A stretch of 40,030 nucleotides of DNA from a virus. Shown piece after piece: positions 6,279 through 12,557 of the stretch. The notes beneath the pieces were generated by a model. The model was not told the origin of the DNA and searched no databases. It saw nothing but the letters and a program-made list of their open reading frames with translations. Numbering within the stretch: the stretch's first letter is position 1; every line of letters starts with the position of its first letter. Location: IMG/VR virus record IMGVR_UViG_3300045988_064761, positions 1 to 40,030 of that record; one strand, given 5' to 3'. The translations under genes and the position numbers were made by a program.

Positions 6279-6674
6279 TTAACCGTTTCGCATCGTGTCA
6301 ATGCAGCGCTGGATGACTTCCCTGTCTTTGCTGTCAGCCCCGCGCATAATATCTTCCATGCGGGAAATCAGTGAATCGCGCCCATCGTCCATGCTGTAGT
6401 GCCCGCGCACATAATGCGAACCGCGCCGCGCATAGCTGCTGCCGCGTCCATAATTGCCGCGCATATTGGCACTCCAATCACCATCGCGGCTGTAATCCTC
6501 ATCGCGGCTGTAACCGTCATCTTCCAGCATGACAATTTTGTCGATATTTTTGATAGTGTCAGTCAGCTTGTGAACAGTTTCCAAGTCACCGGCAGACATT
6601 TCACCTTTCTTTCCGATTTCGTCCAGTTCTGCGCACAGCATGTCTTTCAAGTCATACAAAACTCTTTTACTCAT
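6279..6674 (-). CDS. Cargo operon gene F: helical ends flanking an R/G/Y/S/D-rich low-complexity centre (131 aa)
   Basis: SD AAAGGAG upstream. Centre reads DDGYSRDEDYSRDGDWSANMRGNYGRGSSYARRGSHYVRGHYSMDDGRD. Confidence 0.75.
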   Translation of the reverse strand: MSKRVLYDLKDMLCAELDEIGKKGEMSAGDLETVHKLTDTIKNIDKIVMLEDDGYSRDEDYSRDGDWSANMRGNYGRGSSYARRGSHYVRGHYSMDDGRDSLISRMEDIMRGADSKDREVIQRCIDTMRNG

Positions 6675-6686
6675 GGTTTACTCCTT

Positions 6687-7109
6687 TCAGCTCACTCTCT
6701 CGACCACAAAGTTTGCGTTCGCAAACAAAACGGTTTGTGTGCTTGTATTTTCGGCGGCAACGGTCAGGCAGCAGCCGCGCGGAACTTCAACAAAAGACGT
6801 CACATAGATATTAAAGAAGTTTTCTACTGCTGCCGGTGTCACGGTTGCAGTCGCACTGTTCAGCGGTTCACCGTTGATAGCAAGCGCCGCCGTAATAGCT
6901 TCCACTGTGCCGCCTGTAGGGATAGCAACGTTTGCACCGAAGCCCACTTTGAAACGCGCTTTGCACTGGTTCGTAATGCCGCGCAGCGTAACAATACCGG
7001 CGCCTTCTCTGTGTACGACACAGCCCTTGCCCGCTACTGCCGTTTCCGTCAGTGGCACGTTCTGGCCTGCTGCCACGCTCACGGTATTGGCGTTTGTAAA
7101 TTCAGCCAT
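6687..7109 (-). CDS. Cargo operon gene E: beta-rich 140-aa protein (possible jelly-roll, BclA-CTD/C1q-like pattern)
   Basis: ATG 7109 follows AAAGGAATGA. Protein MAEFTNANTVSVAAGQNVPL...GIVTLRG...ARFKVGFGANV...INGEPL...GCCLTVAAEN...FVVERVS. The ORF-track start at 7187 lies upstream of a terminator hairpin. Confidence 0.7.
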   Translation of the reverse strand: MAEFTNANTVSVAAGQNVPLTETAVAGKGCVVHREGAGIVTLRGITNQCKARFKVGFGANVAIPTGGTVEAITAALAINGEPLNSATATVTPAAVENFFNIYVTSFVEVPRGCCLTVAAENTSTQTVLFANANFVVERVS

Positions 7110-7123
7110 AAAATCATTCCTTT

Positions 7124-7157
7124 CAAAAAAATAGTGGCGGGACGATTGCCCCGCCAC
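7124..7157 (-). terminator. Intrinsic terminator inside the cargo operon (between genes D and E)
   Basis: Minus strand reads GTGGCGGG-gcaatcgt-CCCGCCAC followed by TATTTTTTTG. An 8-bp G+C-rich stem. Confidence 0.7.
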
Positions 7158-7220
7158 ATTTTGCATCATCGGCACGGGGCCGAACATGTCGGATGTCCCG
7201 ACAAGTTGCCGTATTCGGTT

Positions 7221-8000
7221 TTAGCAGCCGCAGCCGTTGCAGCCGCCGCAATTCCCGTACTGATACGGCGCCGGAACCTGGAAAGCCGGAACAGGGCGGG
7301 GGTTGTAATAGGCGAGCTGCCCACTCATATAGGCTTTCAGCGTTTCATTCTGCGCAGCCTGACTTGCGGCAAGCTGTGCGGCAAAAAGCTGCTGGTTCTG
7401 CTCGGCAATTTTGGCATCCTTGGCCTCAATGCGCTGCGCCGTCAGTGCGTCAAGCACAGCGCGGGCGTTCGCGTTCTGGTTTTCGATGATATCCCGAGTG
7501 CCGTTCTGAATGGTCTGGCGCGTGTCGCAAGCCTGCGTAGCGAGGTTGTAGTTTACGCCCTGGATAGCCTCGCGGGTCTCGCAGCAGCAATTTGCCTGCT
7601 GCATCTGCATGGCAAAGAGCTGCTGCATAAATGCGGCCTGCTGGTTTGCGCGGCTGATTTCAGCCGACATAAAGCCGTTGCTCATGCCCTGCTGTACGCC
7701 GTTGATAAGCTGCGCCTGCTGATAAAAGCCATCGCACAAGCCATTGTTCACGTTGTCAATTTTGCGCTCAATGTTGGCAAAATCCGACGTAAGAACGTAA
7801 CCGTCAACCACCCCGGCGCCGTTGCCAGCACCAAAGCCGCCATTGCCGCCCCAGTTACCGCCCCAGCCGCAGAAAACGAACAGGAAAAGGATAATGATCC
7901 ACCACGCACCGTCACCGCCGAAGCCCCAGCCGTTGCCGTTACCGCTGTTCGCGGGCTGAACAGGCATCGTCATTACAGTGCCATCCGAAGATAAACTCAT
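7221..8000 (-). CDS. Cargo operon gene D: Gly/Trp-rich TM segment, Q/N-rich coiled region, Cys-rich C-terminus (259 aa)
   Basis: SD GGGAGA upstream. Contains GNGNGWGFGGDGAWWIIILFLFVFCGWGGNWGGNGGFG, QQANCCCETRE, and C-terminal YQYGNCGGCNGCGC. Confidence 0.8.
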   Translation of the reverse strand: MSLSSDGTVMTMPVQPANSGNGNGWGFGGDGAWWIIILFLFVFCGWGGNWGGNGGFGAGNGAGVVDGYVLTSDFANIERKIDNVNNGLCDGFYQQAQLINGVQQGMSNGFMSAEISRANQQAAFMQQLFAMQMQQANCCCETREAIQGVNYNLATQACDTRQTIQNGTRDIIENQNANARAVLDALTAQRIEAKDAKIAEQNQQLFAAQLAASQAAQNETLKAYMSGQLAYYNPRPVPAFQVPAPYQYGNCGGCNGCGC

Positions 8001-8056
8001 AATTGTTCTCCCTTCAAATTTTCAATTTTTATGTTCACCGTGCGCACGGTTTGAAC

Positions 8057-8275
8057 CTATTTTAAAAAGCTCTGAAACTGCTGCGCCATAGCTTGCAGCT
8101 GGTTTAACTGTTGCTGGCTCATCTTGCCCGATTGCAACAGTTTTTCTACTTCTTGTTTGGGGTCGCCTTGAAAGTTATTGCGGAACTGCTGAAACTGCTG
8201 CATCATCTGCTGGAATTGACCCATAGCGCCGGGCGTACGCCCACCGCCTAAAACGTTAAACAGAGGATTTGGCAT
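8057..8275 (-). CDS. Cargo operon gene C: 72-aa Gln-rich protein
   Basis: AAGGAG lies inside the 3' end of gene B (20-nt overlap). Protein MPNPLFNVLGGGRTPGAMGQFQQMMQQFQQFRNNFQG...QQLNQLQAMAQQFQSFLK. Confidence 0.65.
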   Translation of the reverse strand: MPNPLFNVLGGGRTPGAMGQFQQMMQQFQQFRNNFQGDPKQEVEKLLQSGKMSQQQLNQLQAMAQQFQSFLK

Positions 8276-8726
8276 TTTCGTTCTCCTTTTTCTTTGTCAT
8301 CGGTTTGTCTGCCGTCAGCGCGTCAAAACGGGCTGCCAGCGCGTCAAACTCTGCACGGGTGACAAATTCTCCGGCTTGCGCTTGCGCGGCCTGTGTGTGC
8401 TGTTTCTGTGCCGCTGTGCGTTCCGAATAATCGAAGATGCGCAACGGCTGCGGCATACCGCTGGCATCCACTGTTTTGATATAGAACGAGCTTTTCTCGC
8501 TGTCCATCAAAAGCACGCTGTTCCCCGGCGCACAAAGATACGACTTTGCCGCTTCTTCTCCCTGCACCCAAATAATGGGCGCAGTCTGCTGTGCAGTCTG
8601 TTGCTGCTGCGGATATGCCGCTTGTCGAAGCTGTGCAAGCTGGTCGGGCATGGCCGACGGCATCTGCTGCCCCATCGGGTAATATCCCGGCGCAAATCCG
8701 GGCTGATACGGTACGCCAAACGCCAT
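8256..8726 (-). CDS. Cargo operon gene B: P/Q-rich N-terminus, beta core and Ala-rich helix (156 aa)
   Basis: ATG 8726 follows AAAGGA. Core reads IIWVQGEEAAKSYLCAPGNSVLLMDSEKSSFYIKTVDASGMPQPLRIFDYSE. Confidence 0.7.
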   Translation of the reverse strand: MAFGVPYQPGFAPGYYPMGQQMPSAMPDQLAQLRQAAYPQQQQTAQQTAPIIWVQGEEAAKSYLCAPGNSVLLMDSEKSSFYIKTVDASGMPQPLRIFDYSERTAAQKQHTQAAQAQAGEFVTRAEFDALAARFDALTADKPMTKKKENENAKSSV

Positions 8727-8732
8727 AGTCAA

Positions 8733-9107
8733 TCATCCTTTCTGCCAGTAGTACAGCGGCACTTCATCTCCGCTGTCCCATGTATCCAGCCAATCCCCAT
8801 TTTGCACGCACACAACATGCGTAGCCATTGCCAAAATATACGTGCCGTCCGAGTGGTCTTTTGCAAACTGCGCCACTGTGTAACAATCCGGGCAGCTGTT
8901 TGGCAATGTGTAGCGCTTCCACCCACATCGACGAAGATAACTGCCCCAGACATAGTTTGCAGACGGCATATCATGCAGTTCAAATCCTGCCAGCACCAGC
9001 GCCGCATATACAGCCGCCCACGATTGATGCGTTGCGGCTGCAATGGATCTGACGGTACAATCGCCGACGCGCTTTTGTTCTGGATTTAGGTTTAATTCTC
9101 TGTACAT
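8733..9107 (-). CDS. Cargo operon gene A: 124-aa protein with a Cys-His-Asp arrangement (possible papain-like/C39-like peptidase)
   Basis: SD GAGGA upstream. Contains RVGDCTVRSIAAA ... AMATHVVCVQNGDWLDTWD. Confidence 0.7.
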   Translation of the reverse strand: MYRELNLNPEQKRVGDCTVRSIAAATHQSWAAVYAALVLAGFELHDMPSANYVWGSYLRRCGWKRYTLPNSCPDCYTVAQFAKDHSDGTYILAMATHVVCVQNGDWLDTWDSGDEVPLYYWQKG

Positions 9108-9164
9108 GGTTTTATCCTCTATATTTATTGTAATATTTTACACATTTTCGCGTGCGCCACATCT

Positions 9165-9186
9165 GCGCCAACTTTACGCCAACTTT
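9165..9186. repeat. Two tandem 11-bp repeats ([g/a]cgccaacttt) in the divergent cargo control region
   Basis: gcgccaacttt at 9165-9175 and acgccaacttt at 9176-9186. Confidence 0.8.
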
Positions 9187-9210
9187 TTTATAAAAATCCC
9201 GCAATTCCAC

Positions 9211-9239
9211 TTGACATTACTACGCTAGCGTAGTATAAT
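9211..9239 (+). promoter_or_regulatory. Perfect consensus sigma-70 promoter with a 14-bp palindrome in the spacer
   Basis: TTGACA (9211-9216), 17 nt, TATAAT (9234-9239). The spacer contains CTACGCTAGCGTAG (9220-9233), a perfect palindrome. Confidence 0.75.
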
Positions 9240-9283
9240 ATAGACACAGTAAGAAATAGCCACTTACACGAAAGGAAATAAAA

Positions 9284-9643
9284 ATGAGTAAGCTCGATTT
9301 TAGCGACGCCATCTATAAACAGACCCACGTCCGCATTGACAACAACGCCCTCATCGACGACATCCGCAAGGCCATCAGCACCAGCGAAATGGAGAACGAC
9401 GAGCGCCAGCGCATCACCGGCCAGGATGATGTCATGGAGCGCTGGGAGTACCTCGTCGACTTCCACCGGGACGAGATTCTCGACGACGACGGCGAACTTC
9501 TGCAGGTCACTGACACCGTGAAGGTCATCGAGATCACTATTTACCCGCGCAGCCGTAACTCCGTCTTTGGCCGCGCCGGATTCCCTGTCAATGAGGACAT
9601 CTTCGTTGAACTTCCCGCCGACGCCGACAGCTTTGAAATCTAA
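9284..9643 (+). CDS. Acidic 119-aa protein, function unknown (cargo cassette gene 1)
   Basis: SD AAAGGAAA upstream, 45 nt downstream of the consensus promoter. D/E-rich sequence. Confidence 0.75.
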   Translation: MSKLDFSDAIYKQTHVRIDNNALIDDIRKAISTSEMENDERQRITGQDDVMERWEYLVDFHRDEILDDDGELLQVTDTVKVIEITIYPRSRNSVFGRAGFPVNEDIFVELPADADSFEI

Positions 9644-9656
9644 AAGGAGGCCATCT

Positions 9657-10145
9657 ATGGAAATTTCCCTAAAGGAATACGCCGCCCGGCACAGCCGCGC
9701 CGCGGCGACTGTCCGCCAAAAGGCCATCCGTGGCGGATTTAAGACCGCTCGCCGCGTTGGCCGTGACTGGCTCATTGATGAAGATGAACCCTACATTGAC
9801 GAGCGCTTTGCCATGCCTTCCGCGCCGCCGGACCTGTGGCTTTTGACAAACGGCAGGCACAGCCGCACCATCAGCGACGCCGGTGCCGTCAAAATCGGCA
9901 GTGACGAATTCTCCGCTCTTATTCCCACCGGCGCGGGTGACGGCGAATCCGCCTACTGTATCTATACGCGGGCAGAGCTGGACGCCGTTGGCATCAACAC
10001 CGCCGACCTTCACTACTTCACCCTTGTTTCCGGCAGCTTCAACATCTACGACTACGACTGCGGGTGCGCCGTATCGGAGACTGTAGAAGGAGTCTTCAGC
10101 GTTTTCTATGCGGACGGCATCGTCTTTTTCGTAAAAGCCGAATAA
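9657..10145 (+). CDS. 162-aa protein: N-terminal excisionase/MerR-like HTH plus unknown C-terminal domain (cargo cassette gene 2)
   Basis: AAAGGAGG lies 6 nt upstream of ATG 9657. N-terminus MEISLKEYAARHSRAAATVRQKAIRGGFKTARRVGRDWLIDEDE. Confidence 0.7.
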   Translation: MEISLKEYAARHSRAAATVRQKAIRGGFKTARRVGRDWLIDEDEPYIDERFAMPSAPPDLWLLTNGRHSRTISDAGAVKIGSDEFSALIPTGAGDGESAYCIYTRAELDAVGINTADLHYFTLVSGSFNIYDYDCGCAVSETVEGVFSVFYADGIVFFVKAE

Positions 10146-10200
10146 AATAAAAAAGCGCCCCTCCCGTGTCCACCATGGACACAAGGAGGGGCGCTTTTTA
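10146..10200. terminator. Bidirectional intrinsic terminator
   Basis: 11-bp stem agcgcccctcc/ggaggggcgct plus inner 7-bp stem gtgtcca/tggacac. An A-run lies upstream and a T-run downstream. It ends both convergent units. Confidence 0.85.
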
Positions 10201-10395
10201 TTCAGCCTTCAACTTCCCAACAATCGCCTTTACCCGTCTGTTCACCGTCCGCTCACTCAAATTCAGCTCTGCGGCAATTTCCGCATTCCCAAAGCCGCGC
10301 CGCTTCAAATCCAGCACCGCCTTTTCTTCATCCGTAAGCAGAAAGCACAATTTTTCATACGTCGCCGAATCCAAGCAAAAGCGGTATCGGCACAC
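10198..10395 (-). CDS. Small sigma-70 region-4 / LuxR-type HTH protein
   Basis: Contains LTDEEKAVLDLKRRGFGNAEIAAELNLSERTVNRRVKAIVGKLK. There is no in-frame ATG (GTG 10395 or an internal TTG). Confidence 0.6.
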   Translation of the reverse strand: MCRYRFCLDSATYEKLCFLLTDEEKAVLDLKRRGFGNAEIAAELNLSERTVNRRVKAIVGKLKAE

Positions 10396-10404
10396 ACGCG
10401 GGCC

Positions 10405-10701
10405 TTACTCGGATTTATTTTTCTGCTTTACGCACTGGTTGGCGTAGACCGCCCCCGCCGCGCACAGAACGCCTTGAATGATGGCGGTGAAAACCGCCAT
10501 GGCCGCGTCCTGCCCGCCGCCGATGGGCGACGTCGCCAAAACATACAGCGCCGCCAGCACAATGCCCACCGCGGCCAGCACCGCCGGGATGAGCTTGTCC
10601 GCCACCGCCGTGCTGGTTTTCAGGCAGTATCCCACGAAAATCAGCGCCGGAATCAGCACCAGCAGCTCCGGTTTAATGTAGTTCATGTAGTCGATGTTCA
10701 T
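10405..10701 (-). CDS. Holin (phiLC3/Hol44-like)
   Basis: Three hydrophobic segments. KPELLVLIPALIFVGYCLK..IPAVLAAVGIVLAALYVLA..FTAIIQGVLCAAGAVYANQCVKQ. Sits downstream of the endolysin. Confidence 0.65.
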   Translation of the reverse strand: MNIDYMNYIKPELLVLIPALIFVGYCLKTSTAVADKLIPAVLAAVGIVLAALYVLATSPIGGGQDAAMAVFTAIIQGVLCAAGAVYANQCVKQKNKSE

Positions 10702-10716
10702 AATAAAATCCCTTTC

Positions 10717-11037
10717 TTAATGAATAGGCAGTACCCGCGCCCGGTTGTACAGTTCTGTGCCTGTTCCGTTACCGCCCAGCGCATGGTAGCTCTTGTACAG
10801 ATATTCCAGATTTTTAAGGCCCGCCGTATCGATCCAGCCCTGCGCGATATAAAACGTGCAGACCTGATACAGCCTGTCGTGCAGAATTGCCAGCATCCCA
10901 GCCTTGATGGCGGCTTTTTCTTCTGCGTCGTCCTTGATTTTTTTCGCCAGCTGCCTATAAGCAACCAGCAATCCAGCGGCCAGTACGCCAAAAGCCCACT
11001 CGACCCAGTATTTTATAATCCACTCCGGCACGCTCAA
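10717..11037 (-). CDS. Membrane protein of the lysis cassette (holin/antiholin partner candidate)
   Basis: N-terminal TM segment WVEWAFGVLAAGLLVAY. Overlaps the endolysin stop. Confidence 0.45.
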   Translation of the reverse strand: MSVPEWIIKYWVEWAFGVLAAGLLVAYRQLAKKIKDDAEEKAAIKAGMLAILHDRLYQVCTFYIAQGWIDTAGLKNLEYLYKSYHALGGNGTGTELYNRARVLPIH

Positions 11038-12176
11038 CCCTCCACGTATTTTGCATGGTACGCCCTGTCGTCATCGAGATTGTACTTCTTAGCAACGGCG
11101 TAGAACTCCATAGCGGCGGCGTTCGGCAGGACAACGTGATCCAGCCAGACCTCCTGATGCGTCGGCGCAGCGGGCTTGTCCTCTTTGATGGCGGCATCAT
11201 ACCGCGTCAGGTTGAACTGCTTCACGACAGCCAGCAAGCTCGACGTGTAGGTCGGGCTGGTTGCCCAGCCATCAGCCCGGATGTACTCGCACGCCTTGTT
11301 GATGTCGGTACAGCCGACCAGATTGGAATAGCGCGGCATGGTCGTCAGCTTCTTGATGTAGTCCTCTACACAGGCGGCCATCGTATTGTAGGCGCGGAAA
11401 CCCGCCGTGATGGTGATGTACTTGCTGCCGTCCCACTCCTTCGTGGCCTTGTTGTACACTCTGCCGCTCCAATTGCTGGCCTTGATGCCAAACAGGTTGT
11501 TTGCCTGCACGGCCAGTTCGCTTGTGCCGTAGGCGCTTTCCAAACAGGCTTGTGCAATGCACAGCGACGGCAGAAGATGCGCGTTCAGGCAGCGGCTCTG
11601 GCACTTCTCGACCATGACGTCAATGAACGTCTGCTCCTGCGTCTTGGCTGGCGCAGCGTCGGCCACGTCGCCCTTCAAGCGCTTCGTGACCTGTGCTGCA
11701 ATGTCGGGGAACTTGCTCTTGAGATAGGGGCCGGGGCAGGCGGTAGCCGCGTAGAAGCAGTGCATCGTGAGCGAGCCGTTCTTGTCGCCGGTGTAGGTCA
11801 GTTCCTTGATGCCGTTGCGGCGGCAAATGTCGGTGCAAAGGTCGAGCAGGGCGCCATACGCCTTGTCGCTGACGTGCCAGTCCGGTGCGCCGCTGTCGTT
11901 AGCGACTTCGATAGTAATGGCCCGCTGGTCGTTCCACGGGCTGGAACTGCACCACGACCTGTCCGCCTCGTGGCAGAACAGACCGATACGCCCGCTGGAT
12001 TCGATGGCGTAGTTTGCGCTCATCTGACGTGATGGCCTACTGACAAGAGCGCCGAAAGATTCAAGCGTCATGTTGCCAGCCATGTGATGAACGGTAATCT
12101 TGCTGATGGGCTGGCTGCGGGGCCGGTTGCAGTTTGGGCTGATGGCCGTGTAAACGGCCAGTGCAGAATCACTCAT
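11034..12176 (-). CDS. Endolysin: N-acetylmuramoyl-L-alanine amidase plus glucosaminidase domains
   Basis: Amidase_2-like region ITVHHMAGN...ANYAIESSGRIG...AATACPG. Glucosaminidase-like region AQACLESAYGTSELAVQANNLFGIKA. Confidence 0.85.
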   Translation of the reverse strand: MSDSALAVYTAISPNCNRPRSQPISKITVHHMAGNMTLESFGALVSRPSRQMSANYAIESSGRIGLFCHEADRSWCSSSPWNDQRAITIEVANDSGAPDWHVSDKAYGALLDLCTDICRRNGIKELTYTGDKNGSLTMHCFYAATACPGPYLKSKFPDIAAQVTKRLKGDVADAAPAKTQEQTFIDVMVEKCQSRCLNAHLLPSLCIAQACLESAYGTSELAVQANNLFGIKASNWSGRVYNKATKEWDGSKYITITAGFRAYNTMAACVEDYIKKLTTMPRYSNLVGCTDINKACEYIRADGWATSPTYTSSLLAVVKQFNLTRYDAAIKEDKPAAPTHQEVWLDHVVLPNAAAMEFYAVAKKYNLDDDRAYHAKYVEG

Positions 12177-12235
12177 TCTCGTCCTCTCCCTTCCCGTTCG
12201 ACAGCTCCTCGTCCATTTCGGGCGACAGGATCATT

Positions 12236-12544
12236 TCATCCTTCATTGGTTTCACTCTCATTTTCGTTGGTGTCGTTTTCTTCGTCGGTGGTATTTTCAG
12301 CGCCGCCAACCTCCGGCACATCCGGCGTCTCCGTAACCTCGTCTGTGCTCTCTCTCGCATCCACCGCATCATAATACGCCTGCGCCAGCGCCTCCACCTC
12401 GGCAATGTCATCTTCGGTCAGCAGGCCGTTGTCGAGGTGCGTATACGCTTTATCCAGCCAGAACGCAACGTCCCGCCCCGCGCCGATTTCCCGCTTGATA
12501 CTGCGCAGCGTCAAATCGTGCCGCGCTTTACTCTTGATAGCCAT
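12236..12544 (-). CDS. Hypothetical protein with a very acidic tail (102 aa)
   Basis: SD AAAGGAG upstream. C-terminus reads TDEVTETPDVPEVGGAENTTDEENDTNENESETNEG. Confidence 0.65.
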   Translation of the reverse strand: MAIKSKARHDLTLRSIKREIGAGRDVAFWLDKAYTHLDNGLLTEDDIAEVEALAQAYYDAVDARESTDEVTETPDVPEVGGAENTTDEENDTNENESETNEG

Positions 12545-12557
12545 TTTATTACTCCTT

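Noticed and set aside
6399-7994. 531-aa plus-strand ORF, the longest of several long ORFs antisense to real genes. Others are 16258..18267, 15146..16339, 12405..13478, 11055..12032, 13746..14564 and 35827..36579.
   Set aside because: The products are Arg/Ala/His-rich low-complexity sequences without SD sites. Each lies exactly opposite a well-supported minus-strand gene. They are artefacts of G+C-rich codon usage on the coding strand.
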